64,000 bases of DNA from Diplonema japonicum (GCA_964019335.1 OZ025731.1:248001-312000); one strand, 5' to 3'. Counted from the first letter of the stretch, positions 24,567-35,118 are shown. Notes: generated by a model from the sequence alone, not told the origin. A program made the numbers and translations.

Positions 24567-24809
24567 ATGACATCCATTGTCCCTGAGACGCCACCCAGTA
24601 CATGGTCTGAGGTGGTGCCCTCGGTTGTTGCTGGGGCTGTGTGTGTCTGTGTTCTGCTTTGTTGCGCGGTTTTTTTCTTGATGAGAGACCGGTGCCACAC
24701 AGCCAGGGGTACGGGACATAAACTGCTATTGGACTGTGATGATGCCGTTTCCTTGGCAGACTGCAACGAGAAGCCTGAGCCTCATGTTCCTGAAGAGTAC
24801 CATGTATAG
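24567..24809 (+). CDS. Orphan TM + cytoplasmic-tail module resembling the C-terminus of the LVIVD proteins (fragment or last exon)
   Basis: ttgtccctgag (VPE) shared with the LVIVD copies; TM VVAGAVCVCVLLCCAVFFLM resembles VVAGVLLCGAASFVLL; lies next to the gap. Confidence 0.55.
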   Translation: MTSIVPETPPSTWSEVVPSVVAGAVCVCVLLCCAVFFLMRDRCHTARGTGHKLLLDCDDAVSLADCNEKPEPHVPEEYHV

Positions 24810-25245
24810 TTGATTTTTTTTTTTTTTTTTTTTTGTTAACCTCGTCATTTCAATAGACTGAAAACGTGTCAGTTTAATTTTTCTCTCTTTTTTTTTTCTT
24901 ATTTTATTTTATATTTTTTTTTTTTTTATTTGTTTCGCAGAGTTGATTCTTCATCACTAGCATTACAAACTGTGTATTGTTTAGCTATAAATAACTTACT
25001 GCACGGGAAACACACCTTTTTTTTTTTTTTTTTTTTTTCCACGCCCTGAACTTCTAAAATCCGTCTCGTCAATCCTGTGCTTGCACTAAAGGAGTGCCAA
25101 AACGGGTATTCGATTTATAAGACGTAGTAATCTTTCTTCTTTTTTTTTTTTTTCTTCTTTTTTTCGATCAAGAGATAGATTGAGACTCTTCAGGCGTCCT
25201 GTCACATACCGCAGGTACCCTTAAATGTCTCTTTTTTTTTTTCTG

Positions 25246-25546
25246 GGTGGTGGGGATAACATGGAAATATAAGAAGTACATCAGATGTGTTGTTCGCTGT
25301 TGACCTCCTCGTCGGTCATCACCGGTAGCGCCCGAGTGGAAGAACGTAACGCAGATGCTCAGGGTGACGAACAGGCAGCAAACTTCACGAGCGCAGAATC
25401 TTGGTCACCCGGGACGCCCCGGCTAGGGTTGAGCACACCGCACGCATTAAGGACACGACGCGGAACGCAGAAGAAGCTACTGCTAGGCCGAGGAGCGCCC
25501 CCTGTAATCAAGTAGGTAGTTCGTGCTTCATTGCACGCTTAACGCC
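25246..25546. repeat. 301-bp dispersed repeat (SINE-like), copy 1
   Basis: Matches 42367-42667 with about 3 substitutions; partial copies at ~1011-1099, ~48103-48174 and ~51066-51127. Confidence 0.9.
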
Positions 25547-25568
25547 ACCTAGTGTTGCAATCAAAGCC

Positions 25569-25607
<39 letters not shown>

Positions 25608-26078
25608 CCCTTCCTTTATCAAAAAAAAAAAGGAACGCTTGGCAGCGTTATGCGTTTTGTCGGGGGAGGGGGAGAAAAAAGTTTTCCTTTTTTCCGACCC
25701 GATTCGTTTTAGAAAAAAAAAAGAATCGGCTAATTGTTTGTGCAAGCCGGCTCTTTTAATTTTTGTTTCCTCGCGTGAGGGAGGGGGATAATTAAGAGGT
25801 TTACAATCATTCTCTCTTAGTTTATTCCTCCCGATGACTTGTGTGTTCGTGAGGGGGGGGGGGGGGGGGGGGGAGAGAGGTTGTGCCTTTAAAAAAAAAA
25901 AGCGAAAAAAGAAATGAAAAAAAAAACCCCTGTCGCCATGGTTTTAATGGTGGGGGGGGTTTTTTTTTTCTTCTCTCTCTCTCTCTCTTTTTTTCTTCTT
26001 TTCTTTTCTTCTTTGTTTCTTTTAAACCCCTCTTTTTTTTTTCATAATCCCCGCTTGACGACCAAAAGACGACAAAAA

Positions 26079-28154
26079 ATGTCCCTGCTCCTCCTATGCA
26101 CCTGGATCGGGGCAACTTCCATAATACCTCTCAGCAGCCTCGAGACAGCCGGTTACATACAAGACGTGAAGGTGGTGGGGGACATCCTGTACGCTGCTTC
26201 AAACACATCAGGGCTGATCATATTCGACGTGAGCACTTCTCCGAAACCCCGGAAACTGGCGACGTTCAGCATGCACGGAATGACATCCATCGACGTTGCA
26301 GGGCAAACCCTCTACACGGTGAAGGGGACCAGCATCATAGCCATCGATGTAACATTCCCGGAGGCCCCACTTCTCTTATCCGTCACGAAAACCAAACATT
26401 TTGCACGCGGCATCATGGTGGACAAACAATGGGCGTATGTGGTGGGCGATGGCGGCGTGACTGCGTTTGATGTGCGAAACCCAAGCAAACCTATCGAAGG
26501 CAGCTCATACTTGCACTATGGTGAGGCCTACACATCAGTGTTCGCTTCTGGGAACATAGTGTCTGCATGTAGTTCGATGCGAGGCGACATCGTGAACTTC
26601 GGCGTGACCCCTCCTCGCCGGGAGAGGGGGAACAACGTCCGCGGCGTGTGCCGCGGCTTCAACGGGACCATCTACGTGTCGCTGCGAGGGATCGTTATTC
26701 TCATCGACGTAATGAACCCGGCGTCATGGGCGGTAGTCGCGATCTCCCCCAGCACAGAGATTCACGCATTCGCCGTCTGGGACCACTACGTTGCCACCAC
26801 AGGCTACCACGGCCTTTACATGTTAAACCAAAGCAATCAAAAGTTAGACGATCCCAAGGATTACATCATCGGCCACCTCGATTCCATAAAATACGGATGG
26901 CAGGTGCGGGTCCACGAGGACATTGCCTACGTGGCGGAGGGGCCCAGGGGGGTGCAGGTGGTGGATATCAGTAACATCTCGAACCCGACACTCGTTGGTG
27001 GCTACAACCCGATCAGCGCAGACAGTCGGGACATCTTCGCACAGGGTGGCTATGCCTATCTCTCTGGACCCGTTGCAAGCTTGCAGGTTGTGGACATCAG
27101 CAACCCCAAGAAACCACTCCTTGTCGGCAGGCTTTATGATGGAACCGGGAGCTCTGTGCACGCTGTGGGGGCAACTGTCTACGTTGCTGGGGGGACGCAG
27201 CTCATGGTGATCGACGTGAGCGTCCCGTCAAGACCTGTGGTGCTGGGGCGGCGCTCTGTGAAGTGTGCGGCTGTCCACGTGGTGGGGACGACTGCTTACG
27301 TCGTGACCCTGCGTGACGGCTTTCAGATCCTTGACGTGAGCAGCCCATCGTCCATCAAACTTGTGAACTACCTCCCTTTCGACTACCTTCTGAAGGCAGC
27401 GCTCTTGGTGTCGAACAACATTGCATACGTCGTGTCGGACAGGCTAACCCTCATCAATGTGCAGGAGCCAACAGTGCTGGGGACTGCATGCAAGGGGAGC
27501 ACACCAAGTGGTGTGGATGTGGTGGGGACAACGGCGTATGTGGCTGTTCAGGATGGCGGCCTGCAGGTGCTCGATGTGAGCGACCCCTTACAACCCGCTG
27601 TGCTGGCATCAGGGTGCAAGGGGTGCAAGGCTGCGACAGATGTAAAGGTCCACAACGGGACGGCCTACCTCACAACAAAGCAGGGGATGCAAGCGGTGGA
27701 TGTGAACAAACCAAGGGCCTTGCGTCTGGTCGACACCTTCCTCAACAAGGAACGGGACCTGAAAGGGGAAGAGGGAGAGGAAGAGGAAGAGGAAGAGGAA
27801 GAGGCCACGACACTGTCCATATCCGATGGGGTTGCGTACGTGAGCCGCAACGGGTTGCACGTGTTTGGGCTTGTTGACAGTTACCCCTTTGTCCCTGAGG
27901 AGGAACCTGAAGGGAAGTCATCGGGAGAAGGAGCCATGGTGCTGGTATCTGTGGTGGCGGGTGTTCTTCTGTGTGGTGCGGCATCATTCGTTCTGCTGAA
28001 CAGAAGGCAACGTGCCAGATCCAAAGCCGGAGGAGGTAAGAATGATGATGGGTACGCTGAGGTAGAGCTATGTGTCTCTGACACAAAGTTTGAAGGGGAT
28101 GACTGTCAAATGTCTGAGCAGACGATCTCCTGTCACCGAGAACTGCACAATTGA
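26079..28154 (+). CDS. LVIVD-repeat beta-propeller type I membrane protein, copy 1
   Basis: Signal-like MSLLLLCTWIGA; repeated AYV..GL.I.DVS.P..P units; acidic linker; TM; short tail. Confidence 0.9.
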   Translation: MSLLLLCTWIGATSIIPLSSLETAGYIQDVKVVGDILYAASNTSGLIIFDVSTSPKPRKLATFSMHGMTSIDVAGQTLYTVKGTSIIAIDVTFPEAPLLLSVTKTKHFARGIMVDKQWAYVVGDGGVTAFDVRNPSKPIEGSSYLHYGEAYTSVFASGNIVSACSSMRGDIVNFGVTPPRRERGNNVRGVCRGFNGTIYVSLRGIVILIDVMNPASWAVVAISPSTEIHAFAVWDHYVATTGYHGLYMLNQSNQKLDDPKDYIIGHLDSIKYGWQVRVHEDIAYVAEGPRGVQVVDISNISNPTLVGGYNPISADSRDIFAQGGYAYLSGPVASLQVVDISNPKKPLLVGRLYDGTGSSVHAVGATVYVAGGTQLMVIDVSVPSRPVVLGRRSVKCAAVHVVGTTAYVVTLRDGFQILDVSSPSSIKLVNYLPFDYLLKAALLVSNNIAYVVSDRLTLINVQEPTVLGTACKGSTPSGVDVVGTTAYVAVQDGGLQVLDVSDPLQPAVLASGCKGCKAATDVKVHNGTAYLTTKQGMQAVDVNKPRALRLVDTFLNKERDLKGEEGEEEEEEEEEATTLSISDGVAYVSRNGLHVFGLVDSYPFVPEEEPEGKSSGEGAMVLVSVVAGVLLCGAASFVLLNRRQRARSKAGGGKNDDGYAEVELCVSDTKFEGDDCQMSEQTISCHRELHN

Positions 28155-28341
28155 GTGTTCATCTCGGTGAAAGATTCTGTGTGCTTAATCATTCACTGCT
28201 ACCTCCCTTTTTTGAGGGGAGGAACATCTTGACATGGCAGGCTCACCGCAACGAGTTCTTTGTGGACCTTAAAAGCGGATGTATCAGCTTCAAGGGTACA
28301 AGGACCCTGTGTACTTTAATTTCACCCTCCCCCTCTTTTAA

Positions 28342-28705
28342 CTCATAAAGGACCGCTGTTTTTTTTTTTTTTTTTTTTTTTTTTTTGGTCTAAAAGGCGA
28401 TTTTGAACCTTTTTTTTTCAGATACAAAAATAGAGTGGCGAGGGTGCGTGACTGTTATCTTTCACTACCCGAGTTCTGGAGCGCGAAACGACCGTGCATA
28501 TCAGCCCCGGACGCGACCAAACTTTAGTGGTAGAGCATTTGAGAGAAGCAACTCTTGCAAAGGGCATGCTACCTGGAGGTTCCGTGGAAATCGCGCAATA
28601 GGGCTCCTCTTTAAAGAGAAGAGCTGCAGAACCGCTAAGATTTGCTTAGAAAAATTAAAAAAAAAGTCTTTTTTTAGACTGAAATCAGTTCCGGTCCTTT
28701 ATGGG
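28342..28705. mobile_element. piggyBac-type MITE
   Basis: TTAA-ctcataaaggaccg ... cggtcctttatggg-TTAA (14-bp TIR, 1 mismatch). Confidence 0.8.
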
Positions 28706-28912
28706 TTAAAATGAAAGAGGGAAAAAGAAAGGGAACCAAAAAAAAAGGCAAACCTGCAATCTGCCAAACCCCCCCCCCCCCCCCCCCCACGTGTATCCGT
28801 TTCATTGAAGACGAAACACCTGCTTATCTTGCTTAGTCTTTTTCTTGTGTTCTCTCGCAAGGGGAAAAGCTGTTTTTTAAAAAAAGTAGGACCACCAAAA
28901 AAAAAAAAGAAA

Positions 28913-30988
28913 ATGTCCCTGCTCCTCTTATGCACCTGGATCGGGGCAACTTCCATAATACCTCTCAGCAGCCTCGAGACAGCCGGTTACATACAAGACG
29001 TGAAGGTGGTGGGGGACATCCTGTACGCTGCTTCAAACACATCAGGGCTGATCATATTCGACGTGAGCACTTCTCCGAAACCCCGGAAACTGGCGACGTT
29101 CAGCATGCACGGAATGACATCCATCGACGTTGCAGGGCAAACCCTCTACACGGTGAAGGGGACCAGCATCATAGCCATCGATGTAACAGACCCCGAGGCT
29201 CCTGTTCTTTTATCCGTCACGAAAACCAGGAATTCTGTAACAAGCATCACAGTTGAGAGCCAATGGGCGTATGTGGTGGGCGATGGCGGCGTGACTGCGT
29301 TTGATGTGCGAAACCCAAGCAAACCTATCGAAGGCGGCACATTCTCAAAAGGCAGTTCTAAGTATGAGAAGTACACTTCGGTGTTCTCTTCTGGTAACAT
29401 CGTGTTCGTGTGCAGCAAGTGGTATTCCGACATCGTGAACTTCGGTGCCACCACCCCTCGCCTCGTGAAGAGGATTAGTAACGGTGGTGGCAGTAACTGT
29501 TATGGTGCTAAAGGGCTCTTCTACAGAACAACTTATAAACGCATTAACTATATCCAAGCGGATGGGAAGGTAAATCAGATCACTGTGGCGCGCTTTCCTG
29601 ATTACTTTCATGCACTAGACGTGGTGCATAACTCCATGGTCACGACAGGCTACCACGGCCTTTACATGTTGACTCAGTTCGAACAGGACCCACATGATTA
29701 CAGCGGCCACCTCGATTCCATAAAATACGGATGGCAGGTGCGGGTCCACGAGGACATTGCCTACGTGGCGGAGGGGCCCAGGGGGGTGCAGGTGGTGGAT
29801 ATCAGTAACATCTCGAACCCGACACTCGTTGGTGGCTACAACCCGATCAGCGCAGACAGTCGGGACATCTTCGCACAGGGTGGCTATGCCTATCTCTCTG
29901 GACCCGTTGCAAGCTTGCAGGTTGTGGACATCAGCAACCCCAAGAAACCACTCCTTGTCGGCAGGCTTTATGATGGAACCGGGAGCTCTGTGCACGCTGT
30001 GGGGGCAACTGTCTACGTTGCTGGGGGGACGCAGCTCATGGTGATCGACGTGAGCGTCCCGTCAAGACCTGTGGTGCTGGGGCGGCGCTCTGTGAAGTGT
30101 GCGGCTGTCCACGTGGTGGGGACGACTGCTTACGTCGTGACCCTGCGTGACGGCTTTCAGATCCTTGACGTGAGCAGCCCATCGTCCATCAAACTTGTGA
30201 ACTACCTCCCTTTCGACTACCTTCTGAAGGCAGCGCTCTTGGTGTCGAACAACATTGCATACGTCGTGTCGGACAGGCTAACCCTCATCAATGTGCAGGA
30301 GCCAACAGTGCTGGGGACTGCATGCAAGGGGAGCACACCAAGTGGTGTGGATGTGGTGGGGACAACGGCGTATGTGGCTGTTCAGGATGGCGGCCTGCAG
30401 GTGCTCGATGTGAGCGACCCCTTACAACCCGCTGTGCTGGCATCAGGGTGCAAGGGGTGCAAGGCTGCGACAGATGTAAAGGTCCACAACGGGACGGCCT
30501 ACCTCACAACAAAGCAGGGGATGCAAGCGGTGGATGTGAACAAACCAAGGGCCTTGCGTCTGGTCGACACCTTCCTCAACAAGGAACGGGACCTGAAAGG
30601 GGAAGAGGGAGAGGAAGAGGAAGAGGAAGAGGAAGAGGCCACGACACTGTCCATATCCGATGGGGTTGCGTACGTGAGCCGCAACGGGTTGCACGTGTTT
30701 GGGCTTGTTGACAGTTACCCCTTTGTCCCTGAGGAGGAACCTGAAGGGAAGTCATCGGGAGAAGGAGCCATGGTGCTGGTATCTGTGGTGGCGGGTGTTC
30801 TTCTGTGTGGTGCGGCATCATTCGTTCTGCTGAACAGAAGGCAACGTGCCAGATCCAAAGCCGGAGGAGGTAAGAATGATGATGGGTACGCTGAGGGGGA
30901 GCTATGTGTCTGTGAAGGAGGTGACTGTGAGATGTCTGAGGGTGATGCTCAGCAGGACGACCTTACAGAAGGTGACATCAAAACTTAG
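28913..30988 (+). CDS. LVIVD-repeat beta-propeller type I membrane protein, copy 2
   Basis: As copy 1; constant regions essentially identical, variable segment 29336-29703. Confidence 0.9.
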   Translation: MSLLLLCTWIGATSIIPLSSLETAGYIQDVKVVGDILYAASNTSGLIIFDVSTSPKPRKLATFSMHGMTSIDVAGQTLYTVKGTSIIAIDVTDPEAPVLLSVTKTRNSVTSITVESQWAYVVGDGGVTAFDVRNPSKPIEGGTFSKGSSKYEKYTSVFSSGNIVFVCSKWYSDIVNFGATTPRLVKRISNGGGSNCYGAKGLFYRTTYKRINYIQADGKVNQITVARFPDYFHALDVVHNSMVTTGYHGLYMLTQFEQDPHDYSGHLDSIKYGWQVRVHEDIAYVAEGPRGVQVVDISNISNPTLVGGYNPISADSRDIFAQGGYAYLSGPVASLQVVDISNPKKPLLVGRLYDGTGSSVHAVGATVYVAGGTQLMVIDVSVPSRPVVLGRRSVKCAAVHVVGTTAYVVTLRDGFQILDVSSPSSIKLVNYLPFDYLLKAALLVSNNIAYVVSDRLTLINVQEPTVLGTACKGSTPSGVDVVGTTAYVAVQDGGLQVLDVSDPLQPAVLASGCKGCKAATDVKVHNGTAYLTTKQGMQAVDVNKPRALRLVDTFLNKERDLKGEEGEEEEEEEEEATTLSISDGVAYVSRNGLHVFGLVDSYPFVPEEEPEGKSSGEGAMVLVSVVAGVLLCGAASFVLLNRRQRARSKAGGGKNDDGYAEGELCVCEGGDCEMSEGDAQQDDLTEGDIKT

Positions 30989-31219
30989 TTGCGCACGATG
31001 TCACCGAGAACTGCACAATTGAGTGTTCATCTCGGTGAAAAGATTTATGTGATTTAATCAAAAATTCACTTCTACCTACGTTGGAGCAGATGGAGAGTAT
31101 AAGGTGGCTCAATGGGCTCAATAGGGACACTGGGCTGCACTTGAACTATGTGTCATTTGACTACGCCCACCCCACCGCTATTTTGACTGTTCAAAAATAT
31201 CGTTTTTTTTTTTTTTTTT

Positions 31220-31355
31220 GTTACAAATATTTATCTTTCAAAAAATGATTTTATAGCTATATGCAACTTGTGCCGAGCAAAAAACTTTCGCAGCTTTTTA
31301 AAAAACCTTTTTTGCTCGTGCGAACAACAAAGACATAGAGTAATAAAGAATTATT
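31220..31355. repeat. ~135-bp dispersed hairpin repeat, copy 1
   Basis: Near-identical to 57662-57798; internal cgagcaaa/tttgctcg stem. Confidence 0.85.
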
Positions 31356-31422
31356 TTTTTTTTTATTCTCTTTGTGTTTTTTCATACAAAAAAGAAAAAA
31401 GTGGAATCACAATAAAAAGATA

Positions 31423-33483
31423 ATGTCCCTGCTCCTCCTATGCACCTGGATCGGGGCAACTTCCATAATACCTCTCAGCAGCCTCGAGACAGCCGGTTAC
31501 ATACAAGACGTGAAGGTGGTGGGGGACATCCTGTACGCTGCTTCAAACACATCAGGGCTGATCATATTCGACGTGAGCACTTCTCCGAAACCCCGGAAAC
31601 TGGCGACGTTCAGCATGCACGGAATGACATCCATCGACGTTGCAGGGCAAACCCTCTACACGGTGAAGGGGACCAGCATCATAGCCATCGATGTAACAGA
31701 CCCCGAGGCTCCTGTTCTTTTATCCGTCACGAAAACCAGGAATTCTGTAACAAGCATCACAGTTGAGAGCCAATGGGCGTATGTGGTGGGCGATGGCGGC
31801 GTGACTGCGTTTGATGTGCGAAACCCAAGCAAACCTATCGAAGGCGGCACATTCTCAAGCTTCAATGTGTACACCTCTGTGTCCTCTCTGGGAAGCACCG
31901 TTATGATATGTGGAACAGAGGTAATCACAGTGGTGAACTTTGGTGTCACCCCCCCTGCGCACTTAGGGCGCCAGTATATACATAGTTTAAACTGCCATTC
32001 GAGCAGCGGTGTTGAGGACACCTTCTACATAGCTGGCCGGAGGGGTGTTTATACCATCAGTGCAATATCGCCTCACGACCCGGTGGAGCGCTTCACACGA
32101 GGTTTCACCGGCACTATGAGGGGGATAGACGTGCTCCGGGGCTCCGCCTTCGTCGCAGGCACTGATGGCTTCCACACATTGAACGCAACTGAAATGGATC
32201 TCAGGGTCGGCCACATCATGACCCCCATGCATGGTTGGCAGGTACGAGTGCGTGAAGACATGGCCTACGTGGCAGAGGGACCGAAGGGGGTGCAGGTGGT
32301 GGATATCAGTAACATCTCGAACCCGACACTCGTTGGTGGCTACAACCCGATCAGCGCAGACAGTCGGGACATCTTCGCACAGGGTGGCTATGCCTATCTC
32401 TCTGGACCCGTTGCAAGCTTGCAGGTTGTGGACATCAGCAACCCCAAGAAACCACTCCTTGTCGGCAGGCTTTATGATGGAACCGGGAGCTCTGTGCACG
32501 CTGTGGGGGCAACTGTCTACGTTGCTGGGGGGACGCAGCTCATGGTGATCGACGTGAGCGTCCCGTCAAGACCTGTGGTGCTGGGGCGGCGCTCTGTGAA
32601 GTGTGCGGCTGTCCACGTGGTGGGGACGACTGCTTACGTCGTGACCCTGCGTGACGGCTTTCAGATCCTTGACGTGAGCAGCCCATCGTCCATCAAACTT
32701 GTGAACTACCTCCCTTTCGACTACCTTCTGAAGGCAGCGCTCTTGGTGTCGAACAACATTGCATACGTCGTGTCGGACAGGCTAACCCTCATCAATGTGC
32801 AGGAGCCAACAGTGCTGGGGACTGCATGCAAGGGGAGCACACCAAGTGGTGTGGATGTGGTGGGGACAACGGCGTATGTGGCTGTTCAGGATGGCGGCCT
32901 GCAGGTGCTCGATGTGAGCGACCCCTTACAACCCGCTGTGCTGGCATCAGGGTGCAAGGGGTGCAAGGCTGCGACAGATGTAAAGGTCCACAACGGGACG
33001 GCCTACCTCACAACAAAGCAGGGGATGCAAGCGGTGGATGTGAACAAACCAAGGGCCTTGCGTCTGGTCGACACCTTCCTCAACAAGGAACGGGACCTGA
33101 AAGGGGAAGAGGGAGAGGAAGAGGAAGAGGAAGAGGAAGAGGCCACGACACTGTCCATATCCGATGGGGTTGCGTACGTGAGCCGCAACGGGTTGCACGT
33201 GTTTGGGCTTGTTGACAGTTACCCCTTTGTCCCTGAGGAGGAACCTGAAGGGAAGTCATCGGGAGAAGGAAGTACAACTCTTGCAGTAGTAAGTTTGGTT
33301 GGCTGCAGTATTCTGTTGACTGCAGCAACAGTACTGCTGGTGAGAAGGCTGCGTGCTGCAGGTGGTGAAGATGGTGTTGGGGCCAGTGACGTGTTTGGAG
33401 CTCCACAGGAAGCCGACGGGCGCGAAGCTCTAGAATGCAGCACTATGAAACACTCTGATCAAAGTTCTGAGAATATAGAGTAG
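31423..33483 (+). CDS. LVIVD-repeat beta-propeller type I membrane protein, copy 3
   Basis: As copies 1-2; variable segment ~31859-32285; different TM and tail after 33270. Confidence 0.9.
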   Translation: MSLLLLCTWIGATSIIPLSSLETAGYIQDVKVVGDILYAASNTSGLIIFDVSTSPKPRKLATFSMHGMTSIDVAGQTLYTVKGTSIIAIDVTDPEAPVLLSVTKTRNSVTSITVESQWAYVVGDGGVTAFDVRNPSKPIEGGTFSSFNVYTSVSSLGSTVMICGTEVITVVNFGVTPPAHLGRQYIHSLNCHSSSGVEDTFYIAGRRGVYTISAISPHDPVERFTRGFTGTMRGIDVLRGSAFVAGTDGFHTLNATEMDLRVGHIMTPMHGWQVRVREDMAYVAEGPKGVQVVDISNISNPTLVGGYNPISADSRDIFAQGGYAYLSGPVASLQVVDISNPKKPLLVGRLYDGTGSSVHAVGATVYVAGGTQLMVIDVSVPSRPVVLGRRSVKCAAVHVVGTTAYVVTLRDGFQILDVSSPSSIKLVNYLPFDYLLKAALLVSNNIAYVVSDRLTLINVQEPTVLGTACKGSTPSGVDVVGTTAYVAVQDGGLQVLDVSDPLQPAVLASGCKGCKAATDVKVHNGTAYLTTKQGMQAVDVNKPRALRLVDTFLNKERDLKGEEGEEEEEEEEEATTLSISDGVAYVSRNGLHVFGLVDSYPFVPEEEPEGKSSGEGSTTLAVVSLVGCSILLTAATVLLVRRLRAAGGEDGVGASDVFGAPQEADGREALECSTMKHSDQSSENIE

Positions 33484-33598
33484 TGGGCTTGCTATTTCAA
33501 ATTTGAGTATCTTCTTTTTTTTTTTTGTTTCCTGGAAACATTACTTTATGATACCTGCTTCCAGCAAAAAAGAAGAAGAAGAAATAAATGAGGGTGTT

Positions 33599-33638
<40 letters not shown>

Positions 33639-34030
33639 TAATAAAAGCCGTGTTTATAGCTTTTTCTCCCCTCATTCCTCCCCCTTTTATTTTTTTGATT
33701 TTCATTGTTTCGGAATTAGTATCAATGGTTTGCTAGGTTTAAAAAAAAAAATCTGTTTAATAATGTGTCGGCAGTTCATCCAGGGCCGCATTGGCATTTT
33801 TTTTTTTTCTTCTTCTTCCATTTGCCCATAAAAGCATCGCCTTTATTCCCCCCTTTTTTACTCGAGAAAAAAAAAAAAAAAAAAAAAGAAGAATATGCTA
33901 TGCACTACATAAACCTGGTGCAATAATTCGCGTTATCTTTTATTATTTTTTTTTTTTATCCCTTCCTGGGGGACTTAGAGTAGACTTTTTTTTATTTTTT
34001 TTTATTTTTTTTTTTTTTACCCTTGTATTC

Positions 34031-34116
34031 CAGGGTTAACCGATCGCTCACGGGGTTTTTTTAAATTACAATCGGGTTCTAAATTGAGAAAAGGATTATT
34101 TTCCCGAAAAAAGCTG

Positions 34117-34149
<33 letters not shown>

Positions 34150-34357
34150 GGTCGGAATAGGGATTTTGAAAAAAAAAAAAAAAAAAAAAAAAATGAGCAT
34201 GGTATTGGTATTTTTTGCATGATCCTGTTTTTAATTAGGATCGATCGATCAAACCTCGATCATAAATCAAGAGAAACCCATCAAAACCCAACTGTGATCG
34301 AAAATCTAAAATTGCTCGGCTCGGGTTTCAAAACCCGAAGGCGATCGGCTAACCCTG
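34031..34357. mobile_element. MITE with CAGGGTT termini (hAT-like)
   Basis: cagggttaaccgatcgc pairs with gcgatcggctaaccctg; no clear 8-bp TSD. Confidence 0.55.
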
Positions 34358-34784
34358 AATACTACAATGAACCGAAAAAAAAAAAAAAAAAAAAAGAAAA
34401 AACTACAAAAGTTGTCAAAAAAAACTTCAAAAAAAGGATTGTCGAATGCTGAAAACTAGTGATGGCGAAGCGTATTGAGTAATTTTATTTAGCTAAAAAT
34501 AAACGTCAGATATGCACACTTCAAAAAAAAAAAAAAAAAAAAAAAAAGATTCTGCACAATAAAAAGAGTTTAGTACCATTTTCTTTTATTATTATCCACA
34601 GAAGACTATGTCGCGGGGGTGTCCGTTGCGGTGTTGATGTGCAACTCGCTGTCAAATCTGGGTATAGGGGGGCGAAAGACCAATCCATCTTGGTATTTAA
34701 TTTGGTCAAAATTCAAGTTTCCTCCCCCCTTTTTTTTTCTCTTTTTTTTTTCTCAGTTATTATTATTTACAACCCTGCTGCAGG

Positions 34785-34950
34785 CCTATGCTGGCAGGAA
34801 ACGTGGAAACGTTTCCGTTTCCATGTTTTTCAAAATTCTTATGGAAACGCGTTTCCTTCTTAAGGAAACGTAAGGGAAACGTTTCTGTTTCCTTTTTTTT
34901 TTTTTTTTCAAAAAAAATGCATGGAAACGCGTTTCCATGCCCAGCATGGG
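34785..34950. repeat. Short fold-back element built from ggaaacg/cgtttcc units
   Basis: Ends cctatgctggca / tgcccagcatggg; multiple internal GGAAACG(C)GTTTCC palindromes. Confidence 0.6.
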
Positions 34951-34958
34951 TTCAGGCA

Positions 34959-34990
<32 letters not shown>

Positions 34991-35118
34991 GTTCCCGGCA
35001 TTTCTTACGGACCTTTGAAGTCACAAAATGTGTTCTGTGATTCTAAATTCTAAAAACTTGATCAGGCCACCAAAAGACCACTCACTGGGGGAAAAAAAAA
35101 GAAGAAAAAAAAAAAAAA

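Noticed and set aside
25246-25546. SL RNA, snRNA, 5S or hammerhead/HDV ribozyme identity for the 301-bp repeat
   Set aside because: No diagnostic motifs recognisable by eye
26502-32285. Diversity-generating retroelement as the source of LVIVD variation
   Set aside because: Changes are not adenine-specific, include indels and synonymous sites, and no template repeat or DGR RT is visible
34785-34950. CRISPR-like array
   Set aside because: Short palindromic units without regular unique spacers; eukaryotic fold-back repeat
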